Below the pieces are notes generated by a model. That model was given only the letters and a program-made list of their open reading frames with translations, had not been told where the DNA came from and searched no databases. DNA of 64,000 nucleotides, from the NCBI GenBank assembly GCA_963755025.1, contig CAVWIH010000034.1, positions 96,001 through 160,000 of the forward strand. Direction: 5' to 3'. Within the stretch, counting starts at the first letter, position 1; every line of letters starts with the position of its first letter. This DNA comes from an uncultured Actinomycetes bacterium (GTDB taxonomy: Bacteria > Actinomycetota > Thermoleophilia > UBA2241). Below are positions 31,288 through 40,177 of this stretch, piece by piece. Both the position numbers and the translations under genes were made by a program.

Positions 31288-32724
31288 TCAGTGAAAGATC
31301 GGATAGGAGCGTTCGAGGATGCCGTCGGTGGCCGTGCCGATGCTCTGATAGACGGTCTTGTTCATGCGCTGGTAGACGTCGGCGTTGGCGGGGCGCGGCG
31401 CGAACGATTCGCGCGCCTTGGTCATGCGCGCCACGGCCGTGTCGAAGTCGGGGTAGACGCCGGTGGCGACCGCCGCGCAGATGGCGGCGCCGAGGCTCGC
31501 CCCGCCGCTCGCCACACAGCGCGACGAGGGGATGCCGAAGACGTCGGCGAAGATGCTCATGAACAGGTCGCTGGCGGCGCCGCCGCCCGAGACGGCGATG
31601 CTCTCGAGCGTGATGCCGAGCTCGTCGCACATGGCGTCGACCTTGTTCTTCATGGTGAGGGCGATGGCTTCGAGGATCGAGCGGTAGACGTGGCCCCTGG
31701 TGTGGCGCGCGTCGAAGCCGATCATGACGCCCTTGCGGAAGGGCTTGTCGTCGGGCGCCAGCCAGTCGAGCACGGTCATGAGGCCGTCGCTGCCCGGCGC
31801 CACGAGCTGCGCCTCGCGTTCGAGGTAGAGCTCACGCGAGATGCCGGCGTTGGCGGCGGCCTGGGCGAACTCTTCGCCCAGCAGGTCGAGGAACCAGGTG
31901 ATCGTCCACATGCCGCGCCGTATGCCGTGGCTCTCGTAGAGGTACTTGTGCGGCGCGCAGGCGAAGTTCGTCCAGAACTCGGTGGGCGTCTTCACGTTGT
32001 CGTGGCCGTGCACCATGGAGGCGATGTAGGTGCCCAGCGAGACCAGCGCGGTCTTCTCGTCGATCAGGCCGGAGCCCAGGGCCTCGGTCGCTTTGTCGTT
32101 GGCGGTGGTGACCACGGGCAGCCCCGCGGGAATGTCGGTCGCCGCGGCGGCCGCGGCGGTGACGTAGCCGGCGACGTCGCCCGGCATCTGCAGCTCGACC
32201 AGCATCTCGCGCGGTATGTCCCAGCGCTCGAAGGCCGCCTGGTCGTCGCTCCACTGCCAGGTGTCGGTGTCGATCGGCCACTGGCCCTCGATGTTGTTGG
32301 CCGCGCTGTCGACAAAGCGCCCCGTGAAGCGGTGGGTGATGTAGCCCGACGAGGTGGTCACGTAGGCGGTCTCCGGGTTGTCGTGCGAGTAGGGGCGGTA
32401 GGCGCGCGTGTCCATCCAGCTCATCACCGGCGACGAGAGCGTGCCGTCGCGCTTGAGAAAGGCGCGTTCGCAGCGGATGGTGCACAGGCCGAGCCCGATG
32501 ATGTCGGCGGGGTCGCCGGGGAAGGCCGCCATGGCGTGCCGGCTGGCCGCGGTGATGGTGTCCCAGAGGTCGTCGTCGGGGTGCTCGACGACGCCGTTGC
32601 GCGGGCGGCTCATGGGGCGCAGGACCTGCCGGCCCTGACAGACGACGTTACCTTCGAGGTCGAAGACGACGACTTTCGCGCTCTGCGAGCCTGCGTCGAC
32701 TCCGATGATGTACTTGCCCGACAT
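31288..32724 (-). CDS. ygcE: FGGY sugar kinase (YgcE-like)
   Basis: KYIIGVDAGSQSAK, EHPDDDLW, CTIRC, VMSWMD, SLGTYI. Confidence 0.85.
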   Translation of the reverse strand: MSGKYIIGVDAGSQSAKVVVFDLEGNVVCQGRQVLRPMSRPRNGVVEHPDDDLWDTITAASRHAMAAFPGDPADIIGLGLCTIRCERAFLKRDGTLSSPVMSWMDTRAYRPYSHDNPETAYVTTSSGYITHRFTGRFVDSAANNIEGQWPIDTDTWQWSDDQAAFERWDIPREMLVELQMPGDVAGYVTAAAAAATDIPAGLPVVTTANDKATEALGSGLIDEKTALVSLGTYIASMVHGHDNVKTPTEFWTNFACAPHKYLYESHGIRRGMWTITWFLDLLGEEFAQAAANAGISRELYLEREAQLVAPGSDGLMTVLDWLAPDDKPFRKGVMIGFDARHTRGHVYRSILEAIALTMKNKVDAMCDELGITLESIAVSGGGAASDLFMSIFADVFGIPSSRCVASGGASLGAAICAAVATGVYPDFDTAVARMTKARESFAPRPANADVYQRMNKTVYQSIGTATDGILERSYPIFH

Positions 32725-32810
32725 CGTTGATCTTCGCTCCCTGGTCATGAGTTGCTTGCGAGCCGGCCCGACGGGCCTTGACCTGCGACCGTTCCCAGCG
32801 CCGCGTCAGA

Positions 32811-33587
32811 CTAGCGGACCAGGTAGCCGCCATCCACCAGCAGGACGTGGCCGTTGACGTAGTCAGAGGCGCGGCTGGCCAGAAAGACGACGGCGCCCAT
32901 GAGGTCGGCGGGGTCGCCCCAGCGGCCGGTGGCGATGTGGTCGAGGACGCGCTTGTTGGTCTCGGGGTTGCTGCGCGTCTGGGTGGTGATCTCGGTGGCG
33001 TAGTAGCCCGGCGCGATGCCGTTGACCTGGATGTTGTGCTGAGCGAGCTCGTCGCAGTAGGCCTTGGTGAGCCCGGCGATGCCGTGCTTGCTGGCGGCGT
33101 AGGCCGACGACCACTGTCCGCCCAGGTAGGTGAAGACGGAGCAGATGTTGATGATCTTGCCGCTGCGCTGCGGCACCATGAGCTTGGCGGCCTCGTAGCT
33201 CATCTCGAAGGCGGCCGTGAGGTTGACCGCGATGGTGGCGTCCCACTGCGCGCGCCCGAACTCGAGGACCTCGGCCAGCGGGCACACGCCGGCGCTGTTG
33301 ATAAGGATGTCGAGCGAGCCGAAGCGTTCGACGCAGGCCGCGACCACCTGCGCGGGGGCGCCGGGGGCCGTGATGTCGGCCTTCATGAACTCGTAGCGGC
33401 CGCCGGCGGCGGTGATGAGCGGTCCGGTGGTGCCGTCGTCGTCGACGATGCTCGGCACCAGCACGTTGGCGCCGCCCTTGGCGAGCGCCAGGGCGAAGGC
33501 CTGGCCGAGACCGGTGTTGCCGCCGGTCACGACGGCGTTCTTGCCCTTCAGCGAGAAGAACTCCATCGTGAAATCGCTGATCTCCAT
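32811..33587 (-). CDS. ygcW: short-chain dehydrogenase (YgcW/KduD-like)
   Basis: MEFFSLKGK..TGGNTGLG, YAASK, ASDYVNGH..VDGGYLVR. Confidence 0.88.
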   Translation of the reverse strand: MEISDFTMEFFSLKGKNAVVTGGNTGLGQAFALALAKGGANVLVPSIVDDDGTTGPLITAAGGRYEFMKADITAPGAPAQVVAACVERFGSLDILINSAGVCPLAEVLEFGRAQWDATIAVNLTAAFEMSYEAAKLMVPQRSGKIINICSVFTYLGGQWSSAYAASKHGIAGLTKAYCDELAQHNIQVNGIAPGYYATEITTQTRSNPETNKRVLDHIATGRWGDPADLMGAVVFLASRASDYVNGHVLLVDGGYLVR

Positions 33588-33877
33588 GGCGGCTGTCTCC
33601 TTTACCGGCGCTGGCGGTGTCGTGCTCGATTGTGGGGCGTTCACGCGCTGGCGACCGCGTGTCGCGAGAACCTGAGTATTCGGCGGAAAGTTCGTCGAGT
33701 CAAGCCGTCAAAAGAACCTTCTGCCGTTGCAGACGGTGACGACGGCATTGTGCGCGCGCCAAGCGGCGTTTGGCGCGTGCCTTGCGTTGGCCACCGTCGC
33801 CTTGACGCGTGCCTGCGGCCGGCGGGCGGGGCGCGGAGCGCCCCGCCCGCCGGCCGCGACGGTCGCGGCTCGAGGGC

Positions 33878-34792
33878 TCACTCGGGCTCGAGCTCGGCGG
33901 GGAACCCGGGGGCGCGCAGGTCGGTGCCCACGGCGTCTTCGAGCATCTTGACGACCATGGGCGACTGGGCGTCGCCGCCGTACAGGGCGCGGGCCCGCGC
34001 GAAGATCTGCTCGGTGAGGCCGGCGAGCTCGAGCGGCACGCCGAACTCGCGCCCCATCTGATGGGCGAAGTAGAGGTCCTTGCGCGCCAGGTCCATGGTG
34101 AAGTTGATGTTGTAGCTGCCGTTCAGGATGAGCTGGCCCTCGGTCTCGTGCACGAAGCTGTTGCCCGAGCTCGCTTTGATCACGTCCCAGGCCGTCTTCA
34201 GGTCGACGCCGCTGCGTTTGGCCAGCATGAGCGCCTCGCCGTCGGCTACGAGGTGGATGAAGGCGAGCATGTTGGTGATCACCTTGATGGCCGAGGCGCG
34301 GCCCAGCTCGCCGATGTAGAAGACGCGGTCGCCCATCGCCTGCAGGGCGGGCAGGTGGCGCTCGTAGACGGCCTGGTCGCCGCCCACCAGCACGGTGATC
34401 ATGCCGGCCGCGGCGCGGTGCACGCCGCCGGTCACCGGCGACTCGAGCACGGAGACCCCCTTCTCGGCCGCGAGGGCGGCGAGGCGCTGCAGCTCGTGGG
34501 GATCGTTGGTGCTCATGTCGACCCACGTGCCGCCGCCGGCCAGGCCTTCGAACACGCCCTGCGGGCCGGCGGTCACCGCGGTCACGACCTCGGGTGAGGG
34601 CAGGCAGGTGATGACCGTGTCGGAGAGGCGCGCGACGGCGGCGGGCGAGTCGGCCCAGGCGGCGCCCGCCTTGAGCAGATCGTGCGCGGCCTTGGGGTCG
34701 ATGTCGTTGACGGTCACCGTAAAGCCGGCGCGCAGCAGGCTGCCGGCCAGGTGGCGGCCCAGACTGCCCAGACCGATATAGCCGATCTTCAT
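33878..34792 (-). CDS. NAD(P)-dependent beta-hydroxyacid dehydrogenase family protein
   Basis: IGYIGLG, DMSTN, ESPVTGGVHRA, KVITN, SSGNSFVHETE. Confidence 0.88.
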   Translation of the reverse strand: MKIGYIGLGSLGRHLAGSLLRAGFTVTVNDIDPKAAHDLLKAGAAWADSPAAVARLSDTVITCLPSPEVVTAVTAGPQGVFEGLAGGGTWVDMSTNDPHELQRLAALAAEKGVSVLESPVTGGVHRAAAGMITVLVGGDQAVYERHLPALQAMGDRVFYIGELGRASAIKVITNMLAFIHLVADGEALMLAKRSGVDLKTAWDVIKASSGNSFVHETEGQLILNGSYNINFTMDLARKDLYFAHQMGREFGVPLELAGLTEQIFARARALYGGDAQSPMVVKMLEDAVGTDLRAPGFPAELEPE

Positions 34793-34858
34793 GTACGTCG
34801 CCTCCGTTGTTCGTGGGGTGCCGGGTCGCGGGCGCGGCGCTCTCCGCGCTCTCCCGCT

Positions 34859-36319
34859 CTATTCGTGACGCGCGCGACGGATGTCGCTGGCGCTCGCCTG
34901 GCAGATGGCGGCCAGGCCGTCGATCTGGTCGTCGCTCAGGCAGGGCTCTTTGGCGGCGTGCGCGGCCAGCAGGCGCTCGACCGTGTCGCAGGCCACGTCG
35001 TTCTCGGTGCGGCCTTCTTCGAGCCACTTGTCGTACGACAGGCGGTTCGACACGCCCGGCTGCAGGTGTTCGCCCGCGCGCACGCGGCGCGCCGTGTCTT
35101 TCTCGCCGAGAAAGCCGCCGCCCGGCCCGACCCGGGCGATCGACTCGGCGGCCAAGGTGGCGTCGGAGACCTCGACGTCGCCGTGAAGGCGGCGCACCAT
35201 GGCGGCGATCTCGTCGTCGACGACCGACTGCGGCAGGTACATGGTGTTGTGCGAATCGATCAGGCCCCAGCCCGTGACGATGTCGGGGTTGGCGCTGCAC
35301 ACGCCGGCCACCTTGAGGGCCTTCTCGTAGCCGGTCTGCAGGCCGGCGTGCTTGCTGTCGGTCGACAGTCCCGGGCTCAGCGTGGGCACGCCCACGTAGT
35401 GGCCGACCTCGGTGGCCATGGCCGCCATGAGGGCGCTCTCGACGCAGCCCAGCGAGAAGGTCGTGCGCAGCATGTCGAGCACGCCGGAGCCGAAGCAGAA
35501 GATGAGCCGCGCCCCGGGCGCGGCGACCTGCAGGGCGGTGGCGACGCCTAGGAACTCGGCGAGCCCCTGCACGACCGAGCCCGCCAGCGTGACCGGCGAG
35601 GTCGCCCCGGCGATCGTCATGGAGTAGACCTCGATCGGTATGCCCAGGGCGGCCAGCGCGACGTGGACGTCGAGCACCGGCCCCTCGACCTGGAGCGGCG
35701 AGGCGGCCGTGCAGACTGTCGAGAAGCGCGGCCGCTCGCGGAACGCCTCGAGGCTGCCCGAGAGCACTTCGCAGATGCGCACGACGGCGTCGACCTCGTT
35801 GGGGCAGTCGACGAAGGTCACGTGCTGCGAGGTCTCGGTGAGCATGGTGAAGTACTCGATGAGCTCGCGCCGGTCGAGCGCGACGTCGGTGGCGCTGACC
35901 TGGGTCCACATGAGGTCGAGCTGCGGCAGTTCGTCCATGAGCGCGGTGCACTCGCGCAGGTCCTGCAGCGTGCTGGGGCGGCGCGCGCCCGTGCGAAAGT
36001 CGAGCGTCTTGGCGACGCAGCCGCTCGGCGCAAAGCGGAACCGCTGGTCGGCGCCGAGCAGGGCGTCGTCGGCCGGCGTGGCGCCGGCCATGGTGAAGGA
36101 GCGCGGGCACTGGGAGATGGCCCACTCGACGAGCTCGCGGGGCAGGCGGACGATGCCGGTAGCCTCGTCGACCTGGGCGCCGCGGGCGGCCAGCAGGGGC
36201 AGCGTGCGCGAGCCGGCCAAGCGTATGCCGACCGTCGCCAGCAGGTCGATGGCCTGGTCTGCGATGCGGCTCTTCTCGTGCTCTGAGAGCCACGCGGTCC
36301 GTGCCTTCACAAGCCTCAC
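34859..36319 (-). CDS. non-pyrrolysine MttB-superfamily methyltransferase (quaternary amine type)
   Basis: RRPSTLQD, SPL, AGATSPVTLAG, DMLRT, PGLSTDSK..QTGYEK, VVDDEI, VGPGGGFL. Ser occupies the Pyl-equivalent site. Confidence 0.88.
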   Translation of the reverse strand: MRLVKARTAWLSEHEKSRIADQAIDLLATVGIRLAGSRTLPLLAARGAQVDEATGIVRLPRELVEWAISQCPRSFTMAGATPADDALLGADQRFRFAPSGCVAKTLDFRTGARRPSTLQDLRECTALMDELPQLDLMWTQVSATDVALDRRELIEYFTMLTETSQHVTFVDCPNEVDAVVRICEVLSGSLEAFRERPRFSTVCTAASPLQVEGPVLDVHVALAALGIPIEVYSMTIAGATSPVTLAGSVVQGLAEFLGVATALQVAAPGARLIFCFGSGVLDMLRTTFSLGCVESALMAAMATEVGHYVGVPTLSPGLSTDSKHAGLQTGYEKALKVAGVCSANPDIVTGWGLIDSHNTMYLPQSVVDDEIAAMVRRLHGDVEVSDATLAAESIARVGPGGGFLGEKDTARRVRAGEHLQPGVSNRLSYDKWLEEGRTENDVACDTVERLLAAHAAKEPCLSDDQIDGLAAICQASASDIRRARHE

Positions 36320-36563
36320 ACACCTTCCCCTGGGCCGCTGTCCGCGCGCTGGTGCGCGGGCTTGGCGGCGGTCCCCGGCAGCCTGCCGCGAGACCGTTCG
36401 CAGGGCACGATGTCACCAGCCCCGAGCGGTGTCAAGCCGAAGCGTTTCGTTCCAACGGAAAACGGCAGAACTACTTGTCTTTACAACGCACATGCTTGAA
36501 CTGTCGCCGCGAAAGCGCAAAGATTGCGTATTCGCTGTGAGTATCGGCAGGGAGGAGCATCGC

Positions 36564-37100
36564 ATGATCAGAGCGGGGCAGGCCCCCTTCGGCACGGTCG
36601 CCATGGACGAGCTCGACCGCGGCATCGTGCAGCTGCTGCGCCCTAACGCGCGGCGCTCGTACGCCAGCGTCGCGCGCGCCCTCGGCGTCTCCGAGCCCAC
36701 GGTGCGCAACCGCGTCGACCGCCTCATCGCCAAGGGCGCCGTCTTTCAGCGGGCCAGCGTCAACCCCGCGGCCATCGGTCTACCCGTCGACGCCATGGTC
36801 GGCATCCGCGTGAACCGCGGCTACTCAAAGGGGGTTGGGGCGCGCCTCGCCGCCATGGAGAACGTAGCCTACGTGGGCTACACCACCGGCTCGTTCGACA
36901 TCCTGATCGAGGCGCACCTGCCCGACAACGAGGGCCTCTACAAGTTCTTGAACGAAGACCTCGAAGAGATCGAGGGCGTGGCCTACACCGAGACCTGGCA
37001 CATCCTGCGCACCGACAAGACCAACATCGAGTGGGAGGGCGAGATGGTCGGGCACGCTCCCCTCGAGGTCGTCGACGACCTCGAGGGCGCCGACGCTTGA
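36564..37100 (+). CDS. Lrp/AsnC-family regulator
   Basis: MDELDRGIV..NARRSYASVARALGVSEPTVRNRV, TTGSFDI. Confidence 0.92.
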   Translation: MIRAGQAPFGTVAMDELDRGIVQLLRPNARRSYASVARALGVSEPTVRNRVDRLIAKGAVFQRASVNPAAIGLPVDAMVGIRVNRGYSKGVGARLAAMENVAYVGYTTGSFDILIEAHLPDNEGLYKFLNEDLEEIEGVAYTETWHILRTDKTNIEWEGEMVGHAPLEVVDDLEGADA

Positions 37101-37131
37101 CAAGCCCCGGCGGGCAGTGTCTGATGAGCTA

Positions 37132-37151
37132 CTAATTGACCGGTCGATTAG
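37132..37151. promoter_or_regulatory. palindromic operator, copy 3 (upstream of mtbB-mttB)
   Basis: CTAATTGACC|GGTCGATTAG, a 20 bp palindrome with one mismatch, 35 nt before the start. Confidence 0.75.
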
Positions 37152-37186
37152 CACGACCGCCATGGCGTGATCTGGGGAGGGCAAGC

Positions 37187-38596
37187 GTGACGACAGAAGA
37201 CCGGGTGCCGACCCGAATGGCCGACGGCACCTTCGTGCGCCTGACGCGCAGCGAGATCAAGGCCGATCTCGTGGCCGGGTCAGAGGCGGCGGCCAAACGC
37301 GCCAAGGTGGCGCCGCTGACCGACGACGAGATCGACCACCTGCTCGACATCTACGCCTCGCCGGCGCGCTTTACCGGGGTCGACGTGGGCGACGAGATCG
37401 TCCTTTCCTGCGACGGCACCGGCATGAAGACCCACGCCACGCGCATCCAGGACCTGCAGACCTACGAGCAGTGGATGGGCGCCGACCTGCTCGAGCTGTG
37501 CGTGGGCGACTACTCGCTCAAGGTCGTGCGCACCATCCTCGCCTACGAGGCGCAGTACATGCACGACGCCCAGCTCTGCACGGTGGCGCCGCTGCAGTAC
37601 GGCGTCATGCCCAACCTGGGCCTCTATTCCAAGCCCGACGGCCCCTGCGACAACTGGAACGAGCTCCTGCCGCTGGGCCGCATCGACGAAGCGCGGGCGT
37701 CTGAAGAAGAGGCCGTCGAGATGGCCGTGGTCGACATGGTGCGCCTGGCCGACACGCAGTACGAGGCCGGCGCCGACGCCATCGACTGGGACACGACGGG
37801 CGCCTCGGGCGACCCCGAGTTCCTGGCCGCGCTGCGCGCCACCGCCATCATCCGCAAGAAGTACCCCGACTTCGGCGTGCAGCTGGGCATGGCCGGCGAG
37901 TTCGTGCTGGGCATGCACGGCCGGCTCGAGTACGAGGGCGTGCGCCTCGCCGGCCTGTGGCCTAAAGACCAGCTGCTGCTCGCCCAGCAGGCCGGCGCCA
38001 CCATGTTCGGGCCGGTCGTCAACGTGAACACCGGCAAGAGTTGCGCCTGGAACATCGCCCGGGCGATCGCCCTGGTCAAGCCGTGCATGGACGTAGCCAC
38101 CATCCCCGTCCACATGAACGCCGGCATGGGCGTGGGCGCCGTGCCCATGTTCGTGCACCCGCCGGCCGACGCCGTGTGCCGGGCGGCCAAGTCGTGCGTC
38201 GACATCCTGCACCTCGACGGCTTATAGGTTGGTTCCGGCGACCCGCATGGCATGCACAGTGCGCATGCGCAGGCGGCGGGCATGGGCGGAATGCGAGCAG
38301 CCGGAGACCTGGTTGCTCGCCTGCAGATGACCCGCGGTATGCGTCTGGCGCAAGCAAAAGACTATGTGGCCGGCAAGCTCGGCGTGACGCCGTTCGACCT
38401 GTCCGACCCCGTCGTCATGACCGACGTGCGCAACGACTTCGGCTTTGGCCGCATCCACAGCTACGCCATCAGTCAGCCGGCGCAGGCCAACCAGATCGAG
38501 GCCAAGGTGAACATCGCGCGCGTGCTCGACATACCCATCAACTGTGTGGAGCGCTTCAGGGAACGTACGACGCCGGTCGCCGGCGGCGTGCGCTGA
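37187..38596 (+). CDS. mtbB: dimethylamine:corrinoid methyltransferase, pyrrolysine-containing (TAG 38225-38227, codon 347 of 469)
   Basis: ORFs 37136 and 38252 are one frame. TRMADG, MPNLGLY..PDGP, DTTGASGD, GEFVLGMHG, LAGLWP, then DGL-O-VGSGDP..GMRAAGDLVAR. This matches Methanosarcina MtbB DGI-O-IGVGDP..RAAGDLVAR as recalled. Confidence 0.93.
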
Positions 38597-38621
38597 CGCG
38601 GCGACCGAGGGAGGGCGACTG

Positions 38622-40097
38622 ATGATCCGCAACCCGCGCGCCGGCGCGCGCAAGAGCGGCGGCTTTCGGCTCGAGGTGTTCACCGACGACGAGCTGCGCG
38701 AGATCCACCTGGCGACGCTCGAGGTGCTGTCGCGCACCGGCGTCTTCGTCGAAGACGACGAGGCGCTCGAGCTGTTCGCCCAGGCGGGCGCCGACATCGA
38801 CCGCGAGCGCCGCGTCGTGCGCCTGCCGGCGCACCTGGTCGAAGACGCCGTCGACGCGGCGCCCTCCACGGTCGTGCTCTGCGGGCGCGACCCGGCGAAC
38901 GACGTGGTCTTAGAAGACGGCCGCGTCGGCTTCACCAACTTCGGCGAGGGCATCCAGGTCGTCGATCCCTACACGGGCGAGCTGCGCGAGTCGCACAAGG
39001 CCGACGTGGCCGACTGCACGCGCCTGATCGACGCCCTGCCCGAGATCGACGTCGTCGAGCGCCCCCTCGGGGCGCACGACGTGCCGCCCGACACGGCGGC
39101 CCTGCACAACGCCGAAGCGATCTTCTCGAACACCACCAAGCACGCCACCATCGGCCCGCTCTCGGGCTTCTGCGCGGTGAAGATGATCGACATGGCGGCC
39201 GCCATCGCCGGCGGCCGAGACCGCTTGCGCAGGCGGCCCATCCTCTCGTTCCTCACCTGCCCGGTGAGCCCCCTCAAGCTCGTCGCCGACGCCTGTCGCA
39301 TCATCATCGAGGGGGCTCGTGCCGGGGTGCCGGTCAACGTGCTCTCCATGGCCATGGCCGGCGGCTCGTCGCCGGTGAACCTGGCCGGCACGCTGGTCAC
39401 CCACAACGCCGAGGTGCTCGCCGGCATCACGCTGGCACAACTCACCGTGCGCGGCGCGCCCGTCATTTACGGCTCGTCGACGACCGCCATGGACCTGCGC
39501 TACGCGAGCGCCTCGGTGGGCAGCCCGGAGTGCGGCATGATCGGCGCCGGGGTGGCCTGCCTGGCGCGCTTCTACTTGCTGCCCAGCTGGGTCGCCGGTG
39601 CGTAGGGCGACTCCAAGGTGGCCGACGCCCAATCCGGTCACGAGAAGACACTCACCAGCCTGCTACCGGCGTTGGCAGGGGCCAACCTGATCTATGGGCT
39701 GGGGATGTTGGAATCGGGCGTCACCATCGACTACGCGCAGCTCGTCATGGACGCCGAGTTCGCGCGCATGGTCAAGTTCTGCGTGCCGGGCATCGCCGTG
39801 AACGACGAGACCCTGTCGGTCGACGTCATCGCCGAGATCGGCCCGTTCAGCGACTTTCTCTCACACGACGACACCTACCGCGGCATGCGCGGCCAGTCGC
39901 GCTCGAAGTTGATCGACCGGCGGGTCCGCGAGGAGTGGGTCGCCGCCGGCTCGACGACGCTCTACGAACGCTCGCGCGCCGAAGCCTGCCGCCTGCTCGA
40001 GAGCCACGTGCCGCAGCCGTTGCCGCCCGAGGTGGCCGCCGAGCTTGCCGCCATCATCGCGGCGGCAGAGCTGGAGCTCGGCGTGGGGCCGGCCTGA
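38622..40097 (+). CDS. mttB: trimethylamine:corrinoid methyltransferase, pyrrolysine-containing (TAG 39603-39605, codon 328 of 491)
   Basis: ORFs 38544 and 39618 are one frame. CPVSPL, NVLSMAMAGGSSPV, HNAEVL, YGSSTT, VGSPE, then WVAGA-O-GDSK..QSGHEKT..LPALAGAN.IYG.GMLE, the Pyl-MttB signature. Confidence 0.95.
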
Positions 40098-40177
40098 GAG
40101 AGCCGCGCGCGGTAAGGCAGAGGGCCACCGGGAACAGCGCCACCGACAGGGCGCGCACGACGCAGGCGAGGGTGTCG

